A DNA stretch of 64,000 nt from Candidatus Woesebacteria bacterium GW2011_GWF1_31_35 (GTDB lineage Bacteria; Patescibacteriota; Microgenomatia; UBA8517): NCBI GenBank assembly GCA_001029755.1, contig CP011214.1, forward strand, positions 557,767 to 621,766. The letters run 5' to 3'. The notes beneath the pieces are model-generated. The model worked only from the letters and a program-made list of their open reading frames with translations, had not been told where the DNA came from and searched no databases. A program made the translations under genes and the position numbers. Positions 1 through 12,809 of the stretch are shown here, piece after piece. Within the stretch, counting starts at the first letter, position 1. Every line of letters starts with the position of its first letter.

Positions 1-399
1 TGTGCTAGAGGTACATATATACAATCAGAAAGACAGAGTTTGGAAGGTGTACATGCAGTGTTATGTGCCAAGGAAATATTTAAAATGATTAATGATCGAA
101 ATATAATATTTACAGAATTTGAAAGATCTGTTTTTGATAAACACAATCAGGGTAAAGAATTGGTTACAACGTGGGCAAAATCAGTTAATCTAGATTCAGA
201 TACGGAAGTTGATATTTCAGTGGGTGTTGCAGATATCCTGGTGTATGGTGAAGACTTAGGAATTTTTGAAATTGGTACTACCCGTCCCACAAAAATGCTT
301 TTGTTATTAAAATATATTTCAAAGCAAAATTCGTTTTACTCAGTTCATTTTTGGCCTTATGGGTCAAATAAAGCATTTGTTTTTAGAAATTGGATATAG
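1..399 (+). CDS. Hypothetical protein, 5' truncated by the window edge; possible PD-(D/E)xK-like fold
   Basis: Frame is open from base 1; ADILV...FEIG spacing resembles a restriction-endonuclease-like core. Confidence 0.5.
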   Translation, partial: CARGTYIQSERQSLEGVHAVLCAKEIFKMINDRNIIFTEFERSVFDKHNQGKELVTTWAKSVNLDSDTEVDISVGVADILVYGEDLGIFEIGTTRPTKMLLLLKYISKQNSFYSVHFWPYGSNKAFVFRNWI

Positions 400-411
400 T
401 GTCGTACAATA

Positions 412-440
412 TTGACAGATGAATGTCTAAAATATAGAAT
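412..440 (+). promoter_or_regulatory. Sigma70-type promoter of the xer gene, leaderless geometry
   Basis: TTGACA(412-417)-17 nt-TAGAAT(435-440)-7 nt-ATG(448). Confidence 0.75.
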
Positions 441-447
441 TATTTTA

Positions 448-1329
448 ATGCCTAAAGATAATTTTAATTTATCCAAAAAAATTGATAAATTTATAGATTA
501 TTTAGAATTTGATAAAAATTATTCTCCTTTAACAATTAGAAATTATTCTCACTACTTAAATAGATTTTTATTTTTTTTCAATGACGAAAAAATTAGTAAC
601 ATTTCTAATTTAAATGTTGAATTAATAAATAAATACAAAAATAAATTAATAAAATTAAATCTTTCTAATAAAACTTGCGGTTTTCATTTAATTTCACTTC
701 GAAGTTTTTTGAAATGGATGAATAAAAATGGAGAAAATGTTTTAAGTGTTGATCAGATTGATATACCAAAAGCGGAAGCTAATAAATTAATTTTTCTTAA
801 TGGATCTGATGTTGAAAAGTTGTTAAATACTCCCAATACAAATATGTTACAAGGCAAAAGAGATAGAGCGATCCTTGAATTGTTTTATGCCACAGGTTTA
901 CGAATTTCTGAATTAACTTCACTTAATAAAAATAGTTTTGATAATAGCAAAAATGAAATTAGATTTAATAAAAAGACAATATTTCTTTCTACTCGAGCAT
1001 TAAATTGGTTGACTATCTATATAGAAGCTAGAAATGATAAAAATAAAGCATTATTTATAAGTCATAAAGGGTTAGTTACTCGTCTTACTCCCCGATCTGT
1101 TGAAAGGATGTTAAAAAAATATACAAAATTCGCAGAACTTCCAACAAATATCACACCAAAAGCCTTAAGGCATTCTTTTGCCACAGATTTATTATTAGCA
1201 GGAGCTGAAGTTGGTTCAGTTCAAAAAATGCTTGGGCATAAGAATATTTCTACGACTCAAATTTATACCCATGTAACTAATAAACAACTTCATGAGATTC
1301 ATGAGACATTCCATGGAAGGGGTAAATAA
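448..1329 (+). CDS. XerC/XerD-family tyrosine recombinase
   Basis: TGLRISEL, LRHSFAT, LGHKNISTTQIYTHV catalytic motifs; ATG at 448 preferred over TTG at 412. Confidence 0.92.
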   Translation: MPKDNFNLSKKIDKFIDYLEFDKNYSPLTIRNYSHYLNRFLFFFNDEKISNISNLNVELINKYKNKLIKLNLSNKTCGFHLISLRSFLKWMNKNGENVLSVDQIDIPKAEANKLIFLNGSDVEKLLNTPNTNMLQGKRDRAILELFYATGLRISELTSLNKNSFDNSKNEIRFNKKTIFLSTRALNWLTIYIEARNDKNKALFISHKGLVTRLTPRSVERMLKKYTKFAELPTNITPKALRHSFATDLLLAGAEVGSVQKMLGHKNISTTQIYTHVTNKQLHEIHETFHGRGK

Positions 1330-2318
1330 TGAAAAATAAAACTTTGTTATTTATAATTCCAATTTTTTTAATAGGTGTTGTCTTGGGATCTTTTGGATAC
1401 ACAAAATTATTTGCCAATAAAACCAATAATACAAATGAAGTTACAATAAACCCAACCCCAGAAATATCACAAGAAGAAAATTTAGATACTAATACTGACA
1501 AGGTAGTAAATAAAAATTTAATAAACATTTTACTTTTAGGATCTGGTGGAGGTGGACATTCTGGTGGAAGTTTGTCTGATTCTATAATATTAGTAAGTGT
1601 TGATACTAAAAATAAAAAAATTGGACTTATTTCTATTCCTCGTGATTTTTGGTTTTCGGGCCATAAGATTAATGAAGATCCATCAATAAAAGATGCGGTA
1701 ACAGCAATAACTGGTTTTTCAGTTTCAAATTATATATCAGTAGATTTTAATGGTTTTGTAAAAATAATTGATGGATTAGGAGGGATTGATGTGGATATTA
1801 AGAAATCTTATCTTGATAATTTTTATCCAATAAAGGGGTTGGAAAATGAAACCTGTGGAAAAAATAATGAAGAAATTACGCTTCTTCATCAAAAATATTC
1901 AGGATTTGAACTTGAAAAAAATTTCACTTGTAGGTACGAAAAAATTGAATATGGTGTGGGGATAGCTAAAATGAGTGGAGAAAATACTTTAAAATATGTA
2001 AGATCTCGCCATGGTGATAGTGATTTTGGTAGAAGTAGGCGTCAGTTTGAGGTATTAATAGCGATTACAAAAAAGGTAAAAGTAGAAGACTTTGATAAAT
2101 TTTTAAAAATAGTAAAAACAGATTTAGAATCTTCTAAAATAAAAGAAATAATTTCAAAAATCGAAAATGTTTTAGATTATAAAATATCAACAGTTCAATT
2201 AACTGATGGTAATGTATTAGTATCTTCAAAAAGTTTAAGTGGGGCTTATATATTAATACCCAAATTAGGAATAAATAATTTTATTTCTATAAAGGCCTTT
2301 ATTTTGAATAATATTTAA
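1329..2318 (+). CDS. LCP (LytR-CpsA-Psr) family cell-envelope protein
   Basis: N-terminal TM helix; NILLLG, SDSII, SIPRD, YVRSRH, SDFGRSRRQ motifs. Confidence 0.9.
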   Translation: MKNKTLLFIIPIFLIGVVLGSFGYTKLFANKTNNTNEVTINPTPEISQEENLDTNTDKVVNKNLINILLLGSGGGGHSGGSLSDSIILVSVDTKNKKIGLISIPRDFWFSGHKINEDPSIKDAVTAITGFSVSNYISVDFNGFVKIIDGLGGIDVDIKKSYLDNFYPIKGLENETCGKNNEEITLLHQKYSGFELEKNFTCRYEKIEYGVGIAKMSGENTLKYVRSRHGDSDFGRSRRQFEVLIAITKKVKVEDFDKFLKIVKTDLESSKIKEIISKIENVLDYKISTVQLTDGNVLVSSKSLSGAYILIPKLGINNFISIKAFILNNI

Positions 2319-2323
2319 AATAT

Positions 2324-3070
2324 TTATTTAATCTCGTATGAAAGAGAAACTGTAATTGAGATTTCTGTTTCCCCAGGTTTTATATTTGCTGTTATTGGTT
2401 CTCCACCACCAAGTCCTTTATCCATCATTGCAATTGGTCTTGGATAATCTATTCCGGTACTTTCAGAAATATTAATAATTTTTCCTAAAGATATTCCAGC
2501 AGATGAAGCCAAGCCTTTTGCCTTATCCTTAGCTTTTTTAACCGCTTCTTCTCTAGCCTTTTGAGTTAGTTCTTCTTTTGTTTTTTCATTAATCTCAAAA
2601 GAAATATTGCCAGCTACATTAGCTCCAGCTTGTGTAGAAACAACTAATACATCGTTTATTTTTTCAAAATTATCTATTTTAACCTCATATGTAGTTGAAA
2701 CTCTATAACCTGATATTTTAAATGGAGTTATATCATAACTATATTCTGGATAAACGTTATAGTTTACTGTCTTAATATCTTTTTCATCTATTCCTAATTT
2801 TTTAAGTTCATTGGTTAACTTTTTAGATTTTGAATTTACAGAATCTTGAACAACTTTTAAAGAAACTCCTTGTTCTTCAATCCCAAGAGAAACTTTAGCT
2901 ATATCAGGAATAGCCGTTACCTTTCCTGTTTCGGAAACAATTAATGGTTCACCTTTAGTCTGAGTCAAAATAGAAATTGGTAAAGAAGGACCCCATTTTG
3001 AATATACAAATAGAAGTATGAAAAATATTAACAATGATCCTGCAAAATTTAAATGTTTCTCATTGTCCAT
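2324..3070 (-). CDS. SIMPL (DUF541) domain protein
   Basis: VSETGKVTAIPDIAKVSLG, AREEAVKKAKDKA, PGETEISITVSLSY; start at MDNEK follows TGnTATAAT. Confidence 0.88.
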   Translation of the reverse strand: MDNEKHLNFAGSLLIFFILLFVYSKWGPSLPISILTQTKGEPLIVSETGKVTAIPDIAKVSLGIEEQGVSLKVVQDSVNSKSKKLTNELKKLGIDEKDIKTVNYNVYPEYSYDITPFKISGYRVSTTYEVKIDNFEKINDVLVVSTQAGANVAGNISFEINEKTKEELTQKAREEAVKKAKDKAKGLASSAGISLGKIINISESTGIDYPRPIAMMDKGLGGGEPITANIKPGETEISITVSLSYEIK

Positions 3071-3125
3071 AAAGTCATTATAGCATTTTGTTGACATAAA
3101 ATCTAATCAATGTTTTAATGAAGAT

Positions 3126-3401
3126 ATGAACGGCTATAATGAAGACAAGCTATTAAAAAAGATAAAAATATTACTTGATGATACTGTTGATATAAAAATT
3201 GATGAAAAATTGGATGAAAAAATTGGTAAATTACCAACGAAAACGGAGTTATATAAGCAAACAGATAAAATAATGAAAGAATTAAAAACAGTAAGAGAAG
3301 AACAATCTTTATTATCTCAACACTCTAAAGATAATTCAGATAGACTTGATAATTTAGAAAAAATTCACCCGGCTGGAATTCACGATTTTGCCGTAAATTG
3401 A
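3126..3401 (+). CDS. Small coiled-coil hypothetical protein, paralog of 23807..24082
   Basis: Own TTGACA-17-TTTAAT promoter; C-terminus shared with the paralog. Confidence 0.7.
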   Translation: MNGYNEDKLLKKIKILLDDTVDIKIDEKLDEKIGKLPTKTELYKQTDKIMKELKTVREEQSLLSQHSKDNSDRLDNLEKIHPAGIHDFAVN

Positions 3402-3436
3402 TCAACAGAGAAATGCGATTCGAAGATTTGTAGTTT

Positions 3437-6058
3437 TTATTCTTCTTCCTCTTCATCACCTGTTTTTTCAAGGACTGTGGCTGCTGCGATTAAATCACCT
3501 TTATTGGCAAATCTCATAATGATAACTCCTTGGGTGGCTCTTCCCAATTGTGGAATGTTTTTAACAGGAAGTTTTATAACCTGACCTTTTTTAGAAGTTA
3601 TTACTAGTTGGTCTGATTTTTCTGTAACCATAACAGCACAGGCTAACTCCCCTGTTTTAGCTGAAACTATGCAAGCTTTAACTCCTTTACCTGCCCTTTT
3701 TTGAATTGGAAATAGATCAAATCTGGTTCTTTTACCCAATCCATGAATTGAAAGAGTTAATACATCTCTGAATATTTTCTTTCTTTTATCCTTAATTACT
3801 TCTAATTTGTCAGGAAAAACTTCCATTCCAATTACACAATCATCTTTATCAATTCTTACTCCTGTTACACCTGTAGTAGCTCTACCCATAGGCCTAACAT
3901 TACTTTCCGGGAATCTAATTGACATACCCTTCTTTGTAAGAAGCATTACATTGTCGTTCCCAAAAGTTAAATGTGCCGAAACTAATGTGTCAGTCCCTTG
4001 GAGTTTAATTGCAATTAAACCAGATGCTCTTAAATTTTCAAATTCTTTTAACTCAGTTTTTTTAATTATTCCAGCACTAGTTGCCATGATAAGATTTTTA
4101 GCATTTAATTCTTTACTCATTGGAAGTATTGATTTTATTTCTTCACCTTGTTCAAGATTTAAAAAGTTAACTAATGCTTGACCCTTTGCCTGTCTTGAGC
4201 TTTCTGGAATTTCAAATGCTTTTGTGCCAAAAACACGACCTTTATTGGTAAAGAATAAAATTGTATCGTGGGTAGAAGCGGTTACCAAATGATCAATTTC
4301 ATCCTCTTCTTTGGTGGTCATTCCAATAACACCTTTTCCACCTCTTCTTTGGGCTTTGTAAGTATTTCTAGGAACTCTTTTAATGTAACCTGTCTTAGTT
4401 ACTGTTACTAAAACATCTTCTTTTGCAACCAAATCTTCCTCACTAAACTCCCCTATTTTACTTTTATATATTTTTGTTTTTCGGGTATCTCCAAATTTTT
4501 GTTTTAATTCAGTTAATTCTTTATCGATTATTATTAAAATTCTTGCGGGATCTTTTAATATCGCGATTAATCCATCAATTAATTTTTTAATTTCTTCATA
4601 TTCTTTTTCAATTTTATCTCTCTCTAGTGCTGCAAGGCGTCTTAACTGCATATCAAGAATGGCTGTGGCTTGAATTTCACTGAGTTTAAATCTTTTAACT
4701 AAATTTTCCTTTGCGTCTTCTTGAGTCTTACTTTCCCTAATTGTTTTAATTACAGCATCCAAATTATCTAGTGCAATTTTTAAGCCTTCCAAAATATGGG
4801 CTCTCTTTTTGGCTTCTGTAAGTTCAAAAATTGTTCTTCTAACAACTACTTTTTGTCTGTGTTTAATATATTCAACTAAAATTTGTTTTAAATTTAAAGT
4901 GTGAGGGGTTCCGTCAACGAGTGCAACGAAATTAGCAGGAAAAGTTGTTTGAAGTTTAGTATGTTTAAAAATATTATTTAAAACTGATTTTGGTTTTGCA
5001 TCTCGTTTAAGGTCAATTGCAACTCTCATTCCATCTTTGTCTGATTCATCTCTTAAATCAGCTATTCCTACCAATTTTTTGTCTTTAACAAGTTCAGCAA
5101 TTTTAGCAACCATCTCGGCTTTATTAACTTGGTATGGGATTTCTGAAATAATAATTTGTGATTTCCCATTGTTTCCTTCCGTTATTTCGGCAATTCCTCT
5201 TACTACAATTCTTCCTCGTCCTGTTGCATAGACTTCTTTTAAAGATAATGAATCATAAATTGCACCGCCTGTAGGAAAATCAGGACCTGGTAAAATTTCT
5301 GTAATTTCATCAATTGTCGAATCTGTTTCAAAAGAAATTGTTGCAGGGTTAACTTCTTCTTGTGTAAAAGCTTTTTCTTCACCTGATGCGATTAAATTAA
5401 TTTTTTTAATTACAAAATCTGTTTCTTTTTCTCTTTCATCTTGATTTTCAATTATCACTCTACCTTTTTTAGTCATAGAAAGAATTGCATCAACAACTTC
5501 AGTTAGATTATGTGGTGGAATTTTTGTAGCCATTCCGACAGCAATACCTTCAGAACCCATTAAAAGTAGATTAGGAAGAAGAGCGGGTAAAAAGACCGGT
5601 TCTTTTAATGTTGCGTCAAAGTTATCGATATAATCAACGGTATCCTTTTCCATATCAGCTAAAATGTATTCAGAAATAGCTGATAGTTTCATTTCGCTAT
5701 ACCTCATGGCTGCAGCACTATCTCCATCAACAGATCCAAAATTTCCTTGACCTTTAAGAAGTGGATAACGTAATGAAAAATCTTGAACCATTCTCACTGC
5801 AGTGTCATATACAGCAGTGTCTCCATGTGGATGATATTTGCCTAATACCTCTCCTACAACTTTTGCAGATTTAGAAAATGGACCAGTATGTTTCAATCCC
5901 ATTTGGCTCATAGCAAAAAGGATTCTTCGATGGACTGGTTTTAGCCCGTCTTTAACATCAGGTAGGGCTCTAGCAACAATAACACTCATTGCATAATCGA
6001 CGTAGGATTTTGAAAGTTCTGCAGTTATTTCGGTGTTTAAGATTTTACCAATATCCAT
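3437..6058 (-). CDS. gyrA: DNA gyrase subunit A
   Basis: ARALPDVKDGLKPVHRR, YHPHGD, AAMRY, GyrA-box QRRGGKG, C-terminal pinwheel repeats. Confidence 0.97.
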   Translation of the reverse strand: MDIGKILNTEITAELSKSYVDYAMSVIVARALPDVKDGLKPVHRRILFAMSQMGLKHTGPFSKSAKVVGEVLGKYHPHGDTAVYDTAVRMVQDFSLRYPLLKGQGNFGSVDGDSAAAMRYSEMKLSAISEYILADMEKDTVDYIDNFDATLKEPVFLPALLPNLLLMGSEGIAVGMATKIPPHNLTEVVDAILSMTKKGRVIIENQDEREKETDFVIKKINLIASGEEKAFTQEEVNPATISFETDSTIDEITEILPGPDFPTGGAIYDSLSLKEVYATGRGRIVVRGIAEITEGNNGKSQIIISEIPYQVNKAEMVAKIAELVKDKKLVGIADLRDESDKDGMRVAIDLKRDAKPKSVLNNIFKHTKLQTTFPANFVALVDGTPHTLNLKQILVEYIKHRQKVVVRRTIFELTEAKKRAHILEGLKIALDNLDAVIKTIRESKTQEDAKENLVKRFKLSEIQATAILDMQLRRLAALERDKIEKEYEEIKKLIDGLIAILKDPARILIIIDKELTELKQKFGDTRKTKIYKSKIGEFSEEDLVAKEDVLVTVTKTGYIKRVPRNTYKAQRRGGKGVIGMTTKEEDEIDHLVTASTHDTILFFTNKGRVFGTKAFEIPESSRQAKGQALVNFLNLEQGEEIKSILPMSKELNAKNLIMATSAGIIKKTELKEFENLRASGLIAIKLQGTDTLVSAHLTFGNDNVMLLTKKGMSIRFPESNVRPMGRATTGVTGVRIDKDDCVIGMEVFPDKLEVIKDKRKKIFRDVLTLSIHGLGKRTRFDLFPIQKRAGKGVKACIVSAKTGELACAVMVTEKSDQLVITSKKGQVIKLPVKNIPQLGRATQGVIIMRFANKGDLIAAATVLEKTGDEEEEE

Positions 6059-6187
6059 AGTTTGTTTTTAACAAAATTAGGCTCTTTTTGAGCCTTATTC
6101 ATTCTACCTTTAATACAACCAAGAATCAACAAGTATAAGTAATAAAAATACTTGTAAATTAGTTATTACTGGTTTACTATAAACTAG

Positions 6188-6574
6188 ATGTCAGGATATC
6201 ACACAAATATAGAAAAGGCAGTCAAGGAAAATCTCTTCTTTAGAAAAGTTCTATTTACCGGAAACAAAAGTCAATTAGTTTTAATGACTCTAAAACCTAA
6301 TGAAGAAATCGGAATGGAAGTTCATAATGAAAATGATCAATTTTTCAGGTTTGAGGAAGGACATGGAAAGGTAATTATTGGTACCGAAGAATTTATTGTT
6401 GGGCCTGACGATGTAGTAATTATTCCATCAGGGGAAAACCATAATATTATTAATACTTCAGAGTCTGAATATTTAAAGCTCTATACTATCTATTCCCCCG
6501 CTCATCATCCAGATGGGACAATTCATGAGACAAAAGAGATAGCTGAAGAAGCAGAAAAGGCAGAACACGAATAA
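6188..6574 (+). CDS. Cupin domain protein
   Basis: EIGMEVH...DQFF...G...HNIIN...LKLYTIYSP. Confidence 0.88.
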   Translation: MSGYHTNIEKAVKENLFFRKVLFTGNKSQLVLMTLKPNEEIGMEVHNENDQFFRFEEGHGKVIIGTEEFIVGPDDVVIIPSGENHNIINTSESEYLKLYTIYSPAHHPDGTIHETKEIAEEAEKAEHE

Positions 6575-6594
6575 AAACTTTTTTAATTTTTGAC

Positions 6595-7731
6595 TTATTT
6601 GATTGCTAAAGACACTGCCTTTACCACACTTTTATCAAATGGACTTGGAATGATTTTGGTTGTGGTTGGAGTTTTAATTAGACCTGCTAAATTAATAGCT
6701 GCTTTAATTAACATCTTGTTTGTAATTTTTTTAACTTTATTATTTAAGGCTCCCCTAAAAATTCCAGGAAAAGCCAAGACATTATTTATTTGATTATCAA
6801 AATCACTTCTCCCTGTTGCAACTACCATTGCCCCACCCTTTCCTGCCTCATCAGGCATTATTTCAGGGGTTGGGTTTGCCATTGCAAAAACAATTGCGTT
6901 TTTGTTCATTAAATTTATATCAGTTCTATCGATTAAATTTCCCTTACTTACTCCAATAAATACATCTTTTCCCTTTAATATTTCATGAATACTCCCCTTT
7001 TCATCTTGAATATTAGTAAGCTTAGAAATTCTTTTCTTTTCATTGTTTAAATCAACTCTTCCATCATAAATTGCTCCTTTAGTGTCACTTACAATAATAT
7101 TTTTAAAACCATATTCTAAAAGTAGACCACAAACCGCTGTACCAGCAGCACCAGCACCGTTAATTACTATTTTTACATTTTTGTCTTTTTTAACTACTTT
7201 TAAAGAATTGATAAGTGCTGCTAGTACTACTACTGCTGTTCCATGTTGATCATCGTGCATAACAGGAATATCAAGTTCATTAATAAGTCTTCTTTCAATT
7301 TCAAAACATCTAGGTGCATTTATATCTTCAAGATTAATTCCACCAAAAACAGGAGCGATTAATTTAACTGCTTTTATTATTTCTTCTGTATCTTGAGTAT
7401 CTAAACAAATTGGAAACGCGTCAACTCCTCCAAATTTTTTAAAGAGTACCGCTTTTCCTTCCATTACTGGGATTGCGCCGTAAGCACCAATATTTCCAAG
7501 GCCTAGTACTGCCGAACCATCTGAAATTACCGCAATTGTATTTGATTTTAGGGAAAGTAAAGATGCTAGTTTTGGGTTTTTGGCAAGTTCTAAAGATACT
7601 CCTGCCACACCCGGAGTATAGACTAAAGATAAATCTAATTTATTTTCTAGGGGAGTTTTAATTAATGTTCCAATTTTACCTTTATATTTTTTGTGAAGCT
7701 TTATTGAATCTTTATATACATCAGATTTCAT
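6595..7731 (-). CDS. NAD(P)-dependent malic enzyme
   Basis: YTPGVA, DGSAVLGLG, NLEDI, HDDQHGTA, GAGAAG, ANPTPEI, ATGRSD, NNVLAFPG. Confidence 0.95.
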   Translation of the reverse strand: MKSDVYKDSIKLHKKYKGKIGTLIKTPLENKLDLSLVYTPGVAGVSLELAKNPKLASLLSLKSNTIAVISDGSAVLGLGNIGAYGAIPVMEGKAVLFKKFGGVDAFPICLDTQDTEEIIKAVKLIAPVFGGINLEDINAPRCFEIERRLINELDIPVMHDDQHGTAVVVLAALINSLKVVKKDKNVKIVINGAGAAGTAVCGLLLEYGFKNIIVSDTKGAIYDGRVDLNNEKKRISKLTNIQDEKGSIHEILKGKDVFIGVSKGNLIDRTDINLMNKNAIVFAMANPTPEIMPDEAGKGGAMVVATGRSDFDNQINNVLAFPGIFRGALNNKVKKITNKMLIKAAINLAGLIKTPTTTKIIPSPFDKSVVKAVSLAIK

Positions 7732-7773
7732 TTTGATTTAAGTATTTTAATGTATAATCATTAGACTAACAAT

Positions 7774-8400
7774 ATGAAAAATAAAACCACTGAAGTTATT
7801 TTTGATCTTGAAACTCAAAAATTTTTTGATGAAATTGATGATTTTGATCCAGCAAAATTAGGTGTTTCTGTTCTCTCACTTTATAGAAGAACAGTAGACA
7901 AAAACAATAATGAAATTGAAGGAGAAATGTTATCTTTTTGGGAAGAAGATTTGAAAAAAACTTGGGAGATTTTTAATAAAGCGGATAGAATAATTGGATT
8001 TAATTCAAAAAGGTTTGATGTTTTAGCGTTAAAACCTTATTTACCCTTAGAACTTAATAAACTGCCCCACTTTGATATTTTAGAACAGGTTAAAGATGTT
8101 AATGGAAGAAGAGTTTCTTTGGATTCAATAGCGGGAGAAACTTTAGGAAAAAGAAAAATAGATGATCCCAGAAATGCAATCACTTATTGGGTCAAGCACG
8201 ATAAAGAAAGCCTTTCTAAACTAAAAAGGTATTGTGAAGAAGATGTGGTTTTAACACGCGATATATATGATTTTGGATTAAAAAATAAAAAATTAATTTT
8301 TAAAGACTATTGGAATACTGTAAGAACAATTGAGGTTGATTTCTCATATCCAGAAATAACAGAAAAGATAACAGACGAGGATCAGGGAAGTTTGTTTTAA
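7774..8400 (+). CDS. RNase H-like / DEDD 3'-5' exonuclease domain protein
   Basis: FDLET, GFNSKRFD, YCEEDV exo I-III motifs. Confidence 0.8.
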   Translation: MKNKTTEVIFDLETQKFFDEIDDFDPAKLGVSVLSLYRRTVDKNNNEIEGEMLSFWEEDLKKTWEIFNKADRIIGFNSKRFDVLALKPYLPLELNKLPHFDILEQVKDVNGRRVSLDSIAGETLGKRKIDDPRNAITYWVKHDKESLSKLKRYCEEDVVLTRDIYDFGLKNKKLIFKDYWNTVRTIEVDFSYPEITEKITDEDQGSLF

Positions 8401-8870
8401 ATTTGAGATTCTCTGACTTCTTTTTCAGCAAAAGAAGCGTCTTTAAATTCACCAGTTTTAACCCATTTATCTGGTTCAATATTTTTGTAATTATCAAAAA
8501 AATCCTTAATCATTTTTTGTGTGTGTTCATGGATATCACTAATTTTTGTGTATGTTCCAAAAATTGGATCAACTTTTTTAACAGGTACTGCAATTATTTT
8601 AGTATCAATTCCCCCTTCATCTTCCATCTCAAGCATTCCAATAACTTGACACTTTATTGACACGTTTGAAATTAATGGTTCTGAGGTTAGTACAATAACA
8701 TCAAGAGGGTCATTGTCTTTTCCTTTTGTTTTTTTAATAAAACCATAATTAAATGGAAAATAATTAGCCCCATGAAGTATTCTATCTACCTTTAATTCAC
8801 CTGTTTCTTCGTCAACCTCATATTTGATGTGGCTTCCATGTGGGATTTCTATAAATACCTTAATTTCCAT
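8397..8870 (-). CDS. ppa: Inorganic pyrophosphatase, family I
   Basis: EIPHGS, KYE, DRIL, NYGFI, DNDPLDV, DEGGIDTKI. Confidence 0.95.
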   Translation of the reverse strand: MEIKVFIEIPHGSHIKYEVDEETGELKVDRILHGANYFPFNYGFIKKTKGKDNDPLDVIVLTSEPLISNVSIKCQVIGMLEMEDEGGIDTKIIAVPVKKVDPIFGTYTKISDIHEHTQKMIKDFFDNYKNIEPDKWVKTGEFKDASFAEKEVRESQI

Positions 8871-8887
8871 GTTTTTTATTATATAAC

Positions 8888-12133
<3,246 letters not shown>

Positions 12134-12183
12134 TTATTTATTTTTGTCTAATCTAATTATATCAAAAAATAGTTTATAAAAGA

Positions 12184-12780
12184 CTACGAGAATGAGGTTA
12201 TCAATAAATTGGTTAACTGTAAAGAGACATTACCATTAGCTTTTAAGTTTTTTAAGGTTTCAAGATAATTTTCTAAATTTTTAAAATCTTTCTCTCGGTG
12301 TTTATTTAGAATTAAATTTTCTATTAAAAGTATTGCTTCTCCCCTATCTTTAATTTTTTCCATAAATAGAAATTTATTATCAATTCCCATTTTTAAAAAT
12401 TCTTCTAATTTTAAGTTAATATCATTAAGATCGTCATCATTATTATTAATTATATTTTCTCTAATGTTCTTAATAATCTGGCAACGAGAAATTATTGTTG
12501 GCAATACTCCATCAAGAGATTTGGCTGTCAAAATATAAATTAAATTTTTGTTAGGCTCTTCTAAATTTTTAAGGAAAGAATTAACTGTTTCGACTGTTGC
12601 AGTATCAATACTTTCGATTACAATTGCTGTTTTTTCAGAGAAAGAATATTTGGTTATTTTTTTTAAATTTCGGCAATCTTCTATTTTTTGTAAAGCAAAA
12701 TAATAAACCTTTGCATTTTCTTTCTTTGCAAACTCTTCTATATCACTTTTACTACTCTTTAAAATTAAAAACGCGTGCAT
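12184..12780 (-). CDS. Truncated DNA polymerase III delta-prime (HolB)-like protein
   Basis: NSFLKNLEEP and LPTIISRC clamp-loader motifs; only 198 aa. Confidence 0.75.
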   Translation of the reverse strand: MHAFLILKSSKSDIEEFAKKENAKVYYFALQKIEDCRNLKKITKYSFSEKTAIVIESIDTATVETVNSFLKNLEEPNKNLIYILTAKSLDGVLPTIISRCQIIKNIRENIINNNDDDLNDINLKLEEFLKMGIDNKFLFMEKIKDRGEAILLIENLILNKHREKDFKNLENYLETLKNLKANGNVSLQLTNLLITSFS

Positions 12781-12809
12781 TTATTCCCAGTTTACCATAT
12801 AATAAATTT

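Noticed and set aside
12597-12809. N-terminal extension of PilB in the ORF track
   Set aside because: It overlaps the divergent holB-like gene; ATG 12810 follows TATAAT.
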